Source: an uncultured Lachnospiraceae bacterium (GTDB taxonomy: Bacteria; Bacillota; Clostridia; Oscillospirales; CAG-272). Taken from it: DNA of 40,866 nt. Both the position numbers and the translations under genes were made by a program. Where the stretch lies: positions 1-40,866 of the forward strand of contig CAZPJU010000002.1 in assembly GCA_964586965.1 (NCBI GenBank), given 5' to 3'. This document shows, piece by piece, positions 18,421 through 27,514 of this stretch (its first letter is position 1; every line of letters starts with the position of its first letter). The notes under the pieces are model-generated. The model did not search any database. It saw only the letters and a list, made by a program, of their open reading frames with translations, and was not told the origin of the DNA.

Positions 18421-18456
18421 GGTACTGTAAAAAACATTGCTGTTTTTTACAGTACC
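18421..18456 (-). terminator. Terminator hairpin after the AraC-family gene
   Basis: Perfect 16-bp stem (ggtactgtaaaaaaca / tgttttttacagtacc) with a 4-nt loop. The minus strand continues tttgcttttt. Confidence 0.6.
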
Positions 18457-18503
18457 TCGTAAATTCGCTCGAAAACCTGCGTTTTTACACAAATTTTAAT
18501 GCA

Positions 18504-19394
18504 TTATTTGTGTTTTGCGGCAGTTCTGTACTGATTCGGAGACTGACCGGTAAGTTTTTTGAATGAGTTGGAGAAATGCTGTGTGTTCGAATAATGGAGC
18601 ATTTCTGAAATTTCCTTTATCGGAAGATCGGTCGTTCGGAGAAGTGTTGCGGCAACATCTGTACGGTGTTCGATCGCATACTGCATCGGTGTTTGATTGT
18701 ACTTTGCTTTGAATACACGGATTGCGTGCATCTTCGTGATTCCGAAATGAGCTCTTATGTCGTCAAGCGACGGATTGCTGTATATCATGTTGTCGATGAA
18801 AACACGAATTCTTTCAGCTTCGGAGATCTTCTTTTTCGGAGTGTTTCCGTTTATGGCGCTTGCAGAATAATAAAACTCGGAAAGCGCATCGAAAAAGTAC
18901 GAAGTGAGCACTTTTTCACGTTCGATAATTATCTGCTGCTCGCGGATGGGATCCGATTCGATGTTGTTGATTTCATCGGATTCGTTTTCGTCAGAGAGTA
19001 CATCTCTGATTTTTTCCATGATTCCGCTGATATCAATGGTGCGTATACCCACTGTCGGTGTGGCGTACGCAGATGTCAGCGCTTCGGGAAGCGAGCCGTT
19101 ACATGAAAACCATGAAACGGTAGAATCTGCGGCGATTCGGATCTGACAGTTAAACGACGCGATTTTTTCGATTACGAAGGCTTCCTTTGAAGTTACCTTA
19201 AAATCCGATCCGGTTGCGGAGATAACTGCGGAGCCACGGCTTATGTAACCGATTGTTGTGACATTTTTCGGAAGCGAATACGTTCGAATTTCGGAAACGT
19301 TCGCGGGAAAAGCCGCAGAAACAGGATTGAATACCTTGCTGCGGTCGTCGGTGCTTGTGAAGAAAAATTCTTCACGGTTGTTTTTTCGACTCAT
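18504..19394 (-). CDS. AraC-family transcriptional regulator
   Basis: C-terminal double HTH (LDDIRAHFGITKMHAIRVFKAKYNQTPMQY...ISEMLHYSNTQHFSNSFKKLTGQSPNQYR) and an N-terminal cupin-like sensor region. Confidence 0.85.
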   Translation of the reverse strand: MSRKNNREEFFFTSTDDRSKVFNPVSAAFPANVSEIRTYSLPKNVTTIGYISRGSAVISATGSDFKVTSKEAFVIEKIASFNCQIRIAADSTVSWFSCNGSLPEALTSAYATPTVGIRTIDISGIMEKIRDVLSDENESDEINNIESDPIREQQIIIEREKVLTSYFFDALSEFYYSASAINGNTPKKKISEAERIRVFIDNMIYSNPSLDDIRAHFGITKMHAIRVFKAKYNQTPMQYAIEHRTDVAATLLRTTDLPIKEISEMLHYSNTQHFSNSFKKLTGQSPNQYRTAAKHK

Positions 19395-19625
19395 TGCTGT
19401 GTCCTCTTGTAAAAATGAGTTTTTATATTTTGTTTATTTAATTTTACCTATTAAATCACCAAAAGTCAATAAAATATAATAAAACAAAATAATTTTTGAT
19501 AAATGTTAACTTTTGAAGCTGAAGTTAAAGTTTTTGTTAACATTGATTTTTGCTCCTTTGAGCTATTGACTTAATTTTCAAAGTATTATAAAATACTTGA
19601 AAATGATTTTAGGAAGGTAATTCGG

Positions 19626-20351
19626 ATGGATTATATAAATAATATTAAATATTTTTTGCCGCAAAAAAACTTTTGGAAAATTGTCGGAGCTGTTATCGCC
19701 GTTATCGGCATACCGTTCTTTTTCATCGGACACGGCGGAACTATGATGGGATGTGTAATAATTGCGGTAGGCTTGTGTGTGTTTATTTTTGCGAAAGATT
19801 CACGCCCGTCGGACGAAGATATTGATAATGCTGTTGCAAAAAAAATAAAAAATGTTGATGAGTTTGCGCGACGCGGAATCGACATTCGCGAAAGACTCAT
19901 CAAAGCATTCCCGCCGGTTATGTTCAGCGATTATGATTACGGTAACGACAGCAATGATGATGAAGAACTTAAAGTTCAGCGTGGTCAGGACAGAAAATAT
20001 CGTTCGAACAAATATACTGCCGCGCAGATCATGTTTGCAACCGAAAAGTTACATATTTTTACGTATCGTTTCTGCCTCACAAAGGAAGCTGATGACGAAA
20101 AGTATTTTGAAGCGAAATATACGGATCTGCAAAATGCCGTTGTTGAAAGAGGATCGCGCAAATTCAGTGTCCCTAAAGGCAAGGGCTTTGATGAGGTTGA
20201 AATCGAATATAGCGCTATCGTTGTTCGAGATAACAACGGAGAAACAGTTTTTGAAACGCCCGTTCATGACGGCGCAGATGTTGACAAGACGGTTGATACG
20301 ATAAACAGACTCATAAGTTCCAAAAAAGCAGAACTTGAAAAAATCAATTGA
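19626..20351 (+). CDS. Hypothetical membrane protein: two N-terminal TM helices plus a ~170-aa soluble domain (possibly bacterial PH-like)
   Basis: Two hydrophobic helices (residues ~17-55), AGGAAGG RBS, and a strong terminator downstream. No motif I can name. Confidence 0.5.
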   Translation: MDYINNIKYFLPQKNFWKIVGAVIAVIGIPFFFIGHGGTMMGCVIIAVGLCVFIFAKDSRPSDEDIDNAVAKKIKNVDEFARRGIDIRERLIKAFPPVMFSDYDYGNDSNDDEELKVQRGQDRKYRSNKYTAAQIMFATEKLHIFTYRFCLTKEADDEKYFEAKYTDLQNAVVERGSRKFSVPKGKGFDEVEIEYSAIVVRDNNGETVFETPVHDGADVDKTVDTINRLISSKKAELEKIN

Positions 20352-20379
20352 GTGTTAAAATAAAAACGAATAAATCAAA

Positions 20380-20416
20380 CCCCCGACGTCGATAATGACG
20401 TCGGGGGTGATTTTTT
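20380..20416 (+). terminator. Strong intrinsic terminator
   Basis: cccccgacgtc-gataat-gacgtcggggg followed by tgatttttt. Confidence 0.85.
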
Positions 20417-20429
20417 GAAATTAAAAAAT

Positions 20430-20882
20430 ATGATTGAGTATCTATCGGCGTTTGCGTTCGGCGGAACTGTGTACGGAGCGGTTGAAACACTGTGGAGAGG
20501 GTATACACATCCGACTATGATTTTTGTCGGCGGACTTTGCTTTTTCGTTATGTATCGCATCAATCTGAAAGTCAGACCGAATGCGATACGTGCGGCATTT
20601 ATCGGAGGTGCCGTTATAACGACGGCAGAGTTTTTGTTCGGATGTGCGCTGAATCTGTGGCTCGGACTCGATGTATGGGATTACAGCGGATTTCGATTTA
20701 ATCTTGCCGGACAAATATGCCTTTTGTATTCGTTTTTATGGATGCTCTTATCCGTTCCCGCATTTGCTCTTTGCGGTGTTTTTGAAAAAGCAAGTGCTTG
20801 CGTGAGGGAAATTTATTCGACTGATCCTTCATCTGCAACTTCCGATTCTTCGGATTCGGAAAATTCTTCGTTGTCACTGTAA
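20430..20882 (+). CDS. Membrane protein resembling the 'putative ABC-transporter type IV' family (PF06541-like)
   Basis: Four TM helices and a LDVWDYSGFRFNLAGQICL motif characteristic of that family. I prefer the ATG at 20430 to the TTG at 20415, which lies in the terminator T-run. Confidence 0.5.
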   Translation: MIEYLSAFAFGGTVYGAVETLWRGYTHPTMIFVGGLCFFVMYRINLKVRPNAIRAAFIGGAVITTAEFLFGCALNLWLGLDVWDYSGFRFNLAGQICLLYSFLWMLLSVPAFALCGVFEKASACVREIYSTDPSSATSDSSDSENSSLSL

Positions 20883-21814
20883 TACGGGTCGATCATGTAT
20901 TCCTTTATTTTGGGATACGCAACGTATGTTTCGATAAGCATGAGTGTTGCGGGGACAATGATGAAAGGCAAAACAACGCCTATCGGAATATAAAGTCCGA
21001 ACATGAAATAGTTGAAAGCGAGCACGATCAGGAAACCGAGCAGACCCATAAGGTTTCGCTTGATGCCGAGCAATGAGAATATGAGCGAATTTTTGAGTAT
21101 TTTGAATATGGAAAGATCAAAGGTGATAAGGATGTGATACATGTAAAAACGCATCATGAAGAAAATAATGAACATCAAAATCGACATATAGAACATTATG
21201 TACATTGATGTTGATGTGAGATTGTTGAAGAAATATGAAATGTCATATCCGAGAAGGAGAAGTGCAGCAAGATCAAGAATTCCGAGGCAGAGACCTTGTT
21301 TGAAGTTCTTTTTGATCGCGTAGAAGAAGTCCTGCATCATGAAAACGGGTTCTTCTTTGAGCATATTTCGACAGATATAGGTTACTCCGACGTTGACAGG
21401 ACCGAACGTGAAAAACAAAAGGGCAGTCAGTCCGAGAAATATCAGCGTCGTACCTGTGTTTGCCGATATCGGAACCTGTATTCCGAAGATGCCGTAAAGC
21501 GCCGCGGTGACGGGGGAATCCTTCATCATTTCAGCACCGTAAAGCGGAGCGAATGCCTGATAATACGGGGCGGAAGATTCGACGCCGAAGTAGCCGGCTT
21601 TATAAATAAAATAGAAAAATATCGGGAAATTTCCGAAGACCATCAGTAAGTTGACGCTGAGCAGACTTGACAGCTTACGCCAATAAAATTTGAAAAAATT
21701 CGCAACTCCGGGATTTTCGAGAATCTTCGGTTCGTCCTTGTCGACACCTTTTCCGTCAAGGTTGTAGCGATTAAACCAATTGAAGCCTTTTTTTTCTTTC
21801 TTTTCTTTTGCCAT
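20813..21814 (-). CDS. Polytopic membrane protein, YesL/DUF624-like N-terminus
   Basis: WRKLSSLLSVNLLMVFGNFPIFF followed by about 7 TM helices and an acidic C-terminal tail. The family assignment is weak. Confidence 0.45.
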   Translation of the reverse strand: MAKEKKEKKGFNWFNRYNLDGKGVDKDEPKILENPGVANFFKFYWRKLSSLLSVNLLMVFGNFPIFFYFIYKAGYFGVESSAPYYQAFAPLYGAEMMKDSPVTAALYGIFGIQVPISANTGTTLIFLGLTALLFFTFGPVNVGVTYICRNMLKEEPVFMMQDFFYAIKKNFKQGLCLGILDLAALLLLGYDISYFFNNLTSTSMYIMFYMSILMFIIFFMMRFYMYHILITFDLSIFKILKNSLIFSLLGIKRNLMGLLGFLIVLAFNYFMFGLYIPIGVVLPFIIVPATLMLIETYVAYPKIKEYMIDPYYSDNEEFSESEESEVADEGSVE

Positions 21815-21829
21815 TTTTATACCTTTCTT

Positions 21830-22456
21830 TTATATGAAAGCGCTCGGTAGCAGAATTAAAAATTCAGCAACGATGAAGCATCCGAGAGCTGACAGGATTT
21901 TCAACAAAAAATTAAATGTTACCGAAAACGATACGTTGTCGGTATTTTTTCGTATGTTGTCGGTAAAGCGAAGCGAGAGGCGCGCGGATAATACGAAAAA
22001 AAGCACAGACGCCGATGATGAAACGAGGACAGTAACAGCGGAATATGTTCCGACGCTTGCGTTAAATACGGATGCGGCGCATACTGCACGAAAAAAAGTG
22101 TGCATCGAAACCGCTGCGTAGATAAGTCGCTTTCCGAAAATAACCGCGGGCGAAAAAAGCAAAAACAAAGTTAAATATAATTCGCCTGAACAAAGCTCGG
22201 ATAATAACAATACGGCTCCGGAAAATGCGCGGTCAAAATGCAAACTTTCGGCAAAACTGACGGCAGAAGCGTTTATCGCTTCTGAAATTGTGCTCGGAAA
22301 CAGCGGTATAAACACCGCAGATACGGCACACAACAGGCCTGACAAAGCGGCAATTATGATCCTCCAAGTATCGCTTAACGTGACGGATGAGACTTCCGTA
22401 ACATCATCGGTCTGTGCGGTACCGCAATAGAGTTCTTTTTCCGTTATCATGTTCAT
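21830..22456 (-). CDS. Hypothetical polytopic membrane protein
   Basis: GGAGGC RBS lies 7 nt before the ATG at 22456 (MNMITEKEL...), so the track start at 22525 is probably too long. About 5 TM helices. Confidence 0.45.
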   Translation of the reverse strand: MNMITEKELYCGTAQTDDVTEVSSVTLSDTWRIIIAALSGLLCAVSAVFIPLFPSTISEAINASAVSFAESLHFDRAFSGAVLLLSELCSGELYLTLFLLFSPAVIFGKRLIYAAVSMHTFFRAVCAASVFNASVGTYSAVTVLVSSSASVLFFVLSARLSLRFTDNIRKNTDNVSFSVTFNFLLKILSALGCFIVAEFLILLPSAFI

Positions 22457-22595
22457 ATAAGCTGCCTCCGTTTTTGTGTTCGGTACATTATATGACAGCT
22501 CAGACAAACATATTACATCATACATAATATATTAGCACAAAACGATCGGAATAGCAATCGAATCAAAGAAAATTTACCTTTTGATTATTCCGTAC

Positions 22596-22624
22596 TTGAA
22601 AAGATATACGCATAAGACTATAAT
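22596..22624 (+). promoter_or_regulatory. Sigma-A promoter for the GNAT gene
   Basis: TTGAAA-N17-TATAAT. Confidence 0.5.
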
Positions 22625-22657
22625 ATATGTAAATGTACGTAAAAGGACGGAAATAAT

Positions 22658-23248
22658 ATGGATATGTCGTTGGTGAAAAGAATCTTTTCATCAGTGCCGG
22701 AGCTTGAAACAAAACGGCTTATATTGAGAAAGCTTAAGCGCAGTGACGCCGATGATATGTACGAATATTCGAAAAATCCCGAAGTAACGCGATATTTGCT
22801 TTGGATGCCGCATCCGTCCGTTAAATATACAGCGAGGTATCTTGCATATCTTCAAGAGCGATATGCTGTCGGTAAATTTTATGATTGGGCGGTTGTAGAT
22901 AAGGCTACCGGCAAAATGATCGGTACCTGTGGCTTTACCTGCTTTCACGAGGAGCACAACAGCGCCGAGTGCGGCTATGTCCTGAATCCGGATTGGTGGG
23001 GATGCGGAATCGCCGCGGAAGCACTCGGTGCCGTTATGAATTTCGGATTTATGACGCTCGGACTGCATCGTATTGAATGCAGATATATGCTTGGAAACGA
23101 CAGAAGCCGTCGTGTGATGGAAAAGGTCGGTATGACTTACGAAGGCATGATGCGCGATTTGATGCTCGTCGGCAAAGAATATAAAACCGTCGGCGTTTGC
23201 GCTATCCTTGCGGACGAATACATCAAGCTTGCATACAAAAACAACTGA
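22658..23248 (+). CDS. GNAT-family N-acetyltransferase (RimJ/RimL-like)
   Basis: TKRLILRKLKRSDADDMYEY, WGCGIAAEAL, and a C-terminal GMTYEGMMRD. Confidence 0.85.
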   Translation: MDMSLVKRIFSSVPELETKRLILRKLKRSDADDMYEYSKNPEVTRYLLWMPHPSVKYTARYLAYLQERYAVGKFYDWAVVDKATGKMIGTCGFTCFHEEHNSAECGYVLNPDWWGCGIAAEALGAVMNFGFMTLGLHRIECRYMLGNDRSRRVMEKVGMTYEGMMRDLMLVGKEYKTVGVCAILADEYIKLAYKNN

Positions 23249-23250
23249 AT

Positions 23251-23943
23251 TCACTCCCGGTGGTTAAGATACATATCGGAAAGTGTTACAAATTCGTACC
23301 CACGCTTTTGAAGCGTGGGTATTATTATTTCAAGTGCCTCGGCGGTGTGCGATTCTCCGCAAACATAATCGTGCATGAGGATGATGTCGCCGCCGCGGAC
23401 ATTATCGAGCACCTCACGTACGATCTCGTCACGGCTTCGGTGACACCAGTCAAGCGTGTCTATGCTCCATAAAGCAATAACATGATCGTCTGATTTTGCC
23501 GCAGAGATAACGTTTTCGTCGTATATTCCGCCGGGCGGTCGCAGAAAATGCGATTTACATTCCGATACGGTGAATATAGCATCGGCTGCACGCGAAAATT
23601 CAGCTCTGATCTCATCGACACTCATCCCCGATAAAAAAACGTGAGAATAAGTGTGATTTCCGACCTCATGTCCCGCCGCAATGACGCGAGCGGCGATATC
23701 GGGATGAAGCTCTGCGTTTTTGCCGATCATGAAAAACGTAGCCTTGACGTTGTAACGGTCAAGGATTTCGAGAATGCGGTCTGTCTTTTTTTCGTCGGGG
23801 CCGTCGTCAAAGGTGAGTGCGACGGTGTTTTCACCTGAGCCGCGGTAAATGTCACCGCCGATCCATTCCGCGCCGACGCATTCAAGCGAAAAGAGCGGAA
23901 AAAGCAACGCGGCGACTAAAAAACAAAAAATAATGCGTTTCAT
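23251..23943 (-). CDS. Secreted polysaccharide deacetylase (NodB homology domain)
   Basis: Signal peptide MKRIIFCFLVAALLFPLF, then TFDDGP, GHEVGNHTYSH and RPPGG motifs. The ATG at 23943 overlaps the upstream stop codon (ATGA), which suggests coupling. Confidence 0.85.
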   Translation of the reverse strand: MKRIIFCFLVAALLFPLFSLECVGAEWIGGDIYRGSGENTVALTFDDGPDEKKTDRILEILDRYNVKATFFMIGKNAELHPDIAARVIAAGHEVGNHTYSHVFLSGMSVDEIRAEFSRAADAIFTVSECKSHFLRPPGGIYDENVISAAKSDDHVIALWSIDTLDWCHRSRDEIVREVLDNVRGGDIILMHDYVCGESHTAEALEIIIPTLQKRGYEFVTLSDMYLNHRE

Positions 23944-24761
23944 CTCGGCTGTATGCATACGGTAAGCTCGTCAAGTGAGCCGAAGCGGTAGCCGTCTTGC
24001 CTCAGCGTGTCGATCAGCGTTCCGAGAATGTCGGCGTTTGTTTTTGATGTCGGATGCAAAAGAAGCACGGCGCCGTTATGAATGTTGTCGAGAATGAGCT
24101 TCAATGCGCTTTCGGGGCTTGGTTGCTTGTTGTTGTCCCAATCCGCGTATGCAAAACTCCAAAAGATCGTTTTATAGCCGAGCTGTTCGCAAAATTCGAG
24201 GTTGCGTTCGCTGAACCTGCCTTCGGGCGGACGGTAATATTTAGGCATTTCATCGCCGGTCAGCTCACGATAACGCGATGCAAGCGCGTCAAGCTCGGAT
24301 GCGAATTCGTTAAATTCGAGCACGGTAGACATATCGCGATGACGACAGGTGTGATTGCAGACAAGATTCCCTTCGTCATGCATACGAAGCACGAGTTCCG
24401 GATTGCGTACGATGAGATTCTCAAGTATGAAAAAAGCGCCGGTCGCATTTTTTTCTTTAAGTGTGTCAACTATGCGTTCAACATTACCGTTTTCGTATCC
24501 GGCGTCAAATGTTAAATATACGACCTTGTCGCTGTCTGCGGGATCGGTGTGAGTCTTGTCTGCATAATATCCTCCGTGAGCTTCAATAAACGACATATCG
24601 GCTTCAAGTCGCGGTTGAGTGTGATCCTTTGTTCGCATGACGTACCAGTTGTGTGCGTCTGTGTCGGAAGCGGCACTTGTACGAACAGCTGATGTAAACA
24701 GCATGATAACGGCACATGAAAGCGCCGTGAAAGATAAAAATAATCCGTTTTTATTCCTCAT
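23940..24761 (-). CDS. pdaA: PdaA-like delta-lactam-biosynthetic de-N-acetylase (spore cortex)
   Basis: Signal peptide, then VYLTFDAGYENGN (the PdaA-type variant of TFDDG), LVCNHTCRH and YRPPEGRFS. Confidence 0.7.
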   Translation of the reverse strand: MRNKNGLFLSFTALSCAVIMLFTSAVRTSAASDTDAHNWYVMRTKDHTQPRLEADMSFIEAHGGYYADKTHTDPADSDKVVYLTFDAGYENGNVERIVDTLKEKNATGAFFILENLIVRNPELVLRMHDEGNLVCNHTCRHRDMSTVLEFNEFASELDALASRYRELTGDEMPKYYRPPEGRFSERNLEFCEQLGYKTIFWSFAYADWDNNKQPSPESALKLILDNIHNGAVLLLHPTSKTNADILGTLIDTLRQDGYRFGSLDELTVCIQPR

Positions 24762-25011
24762 AAAAATTCTCCGTCGCCGCCGTTTGCGGCGTGAACAGTA
24801 AAAATTAAATCAATGTTGTGCATAAGGTTTTGCGTAAAGCGTTTTTAGGCAGATGAATACGTCTCGTAAGATACTAATTGCTTGCCTTTTGTCGTCAATA
24901 TTATTTTTCGCATATAAAAAATAAAAAAACGATGAAAATATATGTAATATTTTTAAGTGGAATTTTCGGGAGAATTGTGATACAATGTAGAAAATCGCAG
25001 GAGGCACATAC

Positions 25012-25764
25012 ATGACGGTTAAGGCGATCATATCTGATCTTGACAGAACACTTCTTCATACGGATAAATCCGTTTCTAAACGTACGCTTAAAGTTCTTGA
25101 AGAATGTGAAAAAAGGGGAATACGCATATTTGCCGCGACGGCAAGACCGACAAGAAATGTGACGAAATACGATCAAATGATTGATTTTGATGCATTTTCC
25201 GCTTTGAACGGAGCGGCTGTTTTGCTTCCGGACAGCAGTACGGAATGTCCTATCTCGCGAGAAAGCGCATACAATATAACGTCAAGACTGATGCAAATCC
25301 CGAACAGCATAATTTCAATGGAGACCTCGGACGGTTTTTTTGCCAATGCGGATATTCCGATGTGGAATCCGATAATATACGGCGGTTTTCCCGAACTTCC
25401 GACAAAAGGGAAAATATATAAGATATTAATAAGTTCTCGTTCGGCTGATATTTTTAATGAGGTAGAGTCGCTTTTGACCGATGATACCTATTGTACTGTG
25501 GCAAATGGGGACATAATTCAGATTATGAGCAAAAAAGCAACGAAACTTAACGGAATCCTAACAATGCTTGACAGTTTCGGCATAAGCGTCGATGAAACGG
25601 TTTATTTCGGAGACGATCATGATGACGTTGAACCGATTCGAGAGTGTGGGATCGGAGTTGCGGTTGCAAACGCGATACCCGATGTTATATCTGCCGCCGA
25701 TTTCGTGACTTCTTCGAATGATGATGACGGCGTTGCGGAATATATTGAAAAATTTATACTGTAA
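25012..25764 (+). CDS. Cof-type HAD-IIB phosphatase
   Basis: ISDLDRTLL (DxD), and GDDHDDVEPIRECGIGVAVANA at the C-terminus. GGAGGC RBS. Confidence 0.85.
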   Translation: MTVKAIISDLDRTLLHTDKSVSKRTLKVLEECEKRGIRIFAATARPTRNVTKYDQMIDFDAFSALNGAAVLLPDSSTECPISRESAYNITSRLMQIPNSIISMETSDGFFANADIPMWNPIIYGGFPELPTKGKIYKILISSRSADIFNEVESLLTDDTYCTVANGDIIQIMSKKATKLNGILTMLDSFGISVDETVYFGDDHDDVEPIRECGIGVAVANAIPDVISAADFVTSSNDDDGVAEYIEKFIL

Positions 25765-25768
25765 AGAC

Positions 25769-25817
25769 AAAGGCAGTGAAAAACTCTTTTACGAGTTTTT
25801 CACTGCCTTTCGTTTTT
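25769..25817. terminator. Bidirectional terminator between the HAD and TetR genes
   Basis: Perfect 18-bp stem (25769-25786 pairs with 25793-25810), then cgttttt. Confidence 0.8.
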
Positions 25818-25826
25818 GCGCGAAAT

Positions 25827-26396
25827 TTAATTGGAACGCAGAAAAATGAAATTTGTTACCCAATATTTTGTATATGCATAAAGATCATCCAATGTTTTCA
25901 GCGAGTATCCTCTGCAATATTTAACGTATTCGCAAAGAAGTCCCTCCAAAAATATTTCAAGGTCAAGTTCGATGTGAGTTTTGTTTTTTATGCGACTGTC
26001 TTGATGGCAAAGTTCGAGCAATTTGCCCGAAGCGATGGCGGTTAATTTTTTTGCGGCAAACAAAAAATCGTTTGAGCGACAGAGCAAACGGTAATTTTCA
26101 TTGTTTTTACGTATGAATTCAAATATGGAATCAATGAAATGCATTATGTCGCGCGATTCGAGTAAACGAGCATTATCGAAGAACGTGTCTATCATTTCGT
26201 TTTCGTAATCTTCAGCAACGCCGTAGATGTCATCGTAATGAGAATAAAAGGTTCCTCTGCTTATATCGGCACGCTGGCAAAGTTCGCTTACTGAAATTTT
26301 TCCGAGTTCTTTCTTTTCCGAAAGCATTTCCGCAAATATTTTTTTTATGAGGCGTCTCGTTTTTCTTGATGAATTATTCAAATTTTGTGCTTTCAT
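25827..26396 (-). CDS. TetR/AcrR-family transcriptional regulator
   Basis: HTH region ISVSELCQRADISRGTFYSHYDDIY. GGAGGA RBS precedes the ATG at 26396 (MKAQNL...). The longer track ORF (to 26576) runs through the intergenic promoter region. Confidence 0.8.
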   Translation of the reverse strand: MKAQNLNNSSRKTRRLIKKIFAEMLSEKKELGKISVSELCQRADISRGTFYSHYDDIYGVAEDYENEMIDTFFDNARLLESRDIMHFIDSIFEFIRKNNENYRLLCRSNDFLFAAKKLTAIASGKLLELCHQDSRIKNKTHIELDLEIFLEGLLCEYVKYCRGYSLKTLDDLYAYTKYWVTNFIFLRSN

Positions 26397-26428
26397 CGTC
26401 TCCTCCAAGCTGAATATATACAATATTT

Positions 26429-26458
26429 TCAACATTGTTAAAATTTGAACAATGATGA
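26429..26458. promoter_or_regulatory. Inverted repeat tcaacattgtt-N8-aacaatgatga, a candidate TetR operator
   Basis: 10 of 11 positions are complementary. It sits between the divergent tetR and ABC genes, just upstream of the ABC -35 box. Confidence 0.35.
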
Positions 26459-26470
26459 AAAAGCTGTTCT

Positions 26471-26498
26471 TTGATATTTTTTTCGATGGTATTATAAT
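26471..26498 (+). promoter_or_regulatory. Sigma-A promoter for the ABC operon
   Basis: TTGATA-N16-TATAAT. Confidence 0.45.
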
Positions 26499-26548
26499 AC
26501 AACACAGTTCAAATGTCAACAGTGTCAAAAAAGAAAGGATGAATAAAA

Positions 26549-27514
26549 ATGGCAAATAAGAAAGCTTATCCTTCAACAGATGCCAATATTATAGAAACAT
26601 CACATTTGACCAAAGATTATGGATTCGGCAGAGGAGTTTTCGATGTAAGCATTCATGTTGATAAGGGTGAAGTGTTTGGTTTTTTGGGACCGAACGGAGC
26701 GGGAAAATCAACGACAATCAGACATTTGATGGGATTTTCAAAGCCTGATTCGGGAAGCACGAAAATATTCGGAGAAGAAACTTTCGATAATTATTCCAAG
26801 GTACTAAACAGAGTCGGATATATTCCGGGCGAGATAGCTCTGCCGTCGGGACTTACCGGTTGGCAGTTTATTCGAATGATGCAGGATATGCAAAAGATTC
26901 GAAATGAACAGCGATTGAATGAAATGCTCGATATGTTCGAATTGCAGGATAATGTGTTGCGTGGTGAAACAAAACGCATGAGCCTCGGAGTTAAGCGAAA
27001 GCTTGCTATTGTAACGGCATTTATGTCTGATCCCGATGTGCTTATTTTGGATGAACCGACAAGCGGACTTGATCCGGTCATGCAGGAAGTTTTTATACAG
27101 TTTATTCATGCGGAAAAAGCTCGCGGAAGGACTATATTGCTTTCCAGCCACATATTTTCGGAGATAGATTCGACTTGCGATCGTATTGCGATCATAAAGG
27201 ACGGTAAGATAGTATCCGAATTTGTCGCAGACGATTTGAAGCACGCGTCACGTAAATATTATACGGTTGTTTTCAAAAATGTATCCGAAAAAAACAAACT
27301 AAAACTTGAAGGCGAAAGAATCGGTACTTTTTCGTTGATCAACGAAGATGAATACAGCGTGTATATTTCGGTGGAAGATAAAGATCTGAATGAGCTGATT
27401 TCGTTGCTTTCATCGCTTGAGGTTGTTTCGTTCAGTAACAGAAAGGAGACCTTGGAGGATTATTTTATGAAATTCTACAAGGAGGACAAAGATTTCGGAG
27501 GCGCTATTAAATGA
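26549..27514 (+). CDS. ABC transporter ATP-binding protein (ABC-2/DrrA-like, with a C-terminal accessory domain)
   Basis: Walker A GPNGAGKST, signature-like MSLGVKRKL, and Walker B ILDEPTSGLD. Confidence 0.9.
   Translation: MANKKAYPSTDANIIETSHLTKDYGFGRGVFDVSIHVDKGEVFGFLGPNGAGKSTTIRHLMGFSKPDSGSTKIFGEETFDNYSKVLNRVGYIPGEIALPSGLTGWQFIRMMQDMQKIRNEQRLNEMLDMFELQDNVLRGETKRMSLGVKRKLAIVTAFMSDPDVLILDEPTSGLDPVMQEVFIQFIHAEKARGRTILLSSHIFSEIDSTCDRIAIIKDGKIVSEFVADDLKHASRKYYTVVFKNVSEKNKLKLEGERIGTFSLINEDEYSVYISVEDKDLNELISLLSSLEVVSFSNRKETLEDYFMKFYKEDKDFGGAIK

Noticed and set aside
24762-25011. ORFs of 73 and 91 aa (minus strand) and a cgccgc-cgttt-gcggcg hairpin in the pdaA/HAD intergenic region.
   Set aside because: The ORFs lie in AT-rich promoter DNA without RBSs. 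The hairpin is short, sits just upstream of the pdaA RBS, and has no U-run or upstream gene to terminate.
26397-26576. The track extends the TetR ORF 60 codons upstream (MKDKLSYLPFLFIL...).
   Set aside because: The extension runs through the AT-rich divergent promoter and overlaps the ABC gene start. A GGAGGA RBS sits in front of the internal ATG at 26396, which begins right at the TetR HTH domain.
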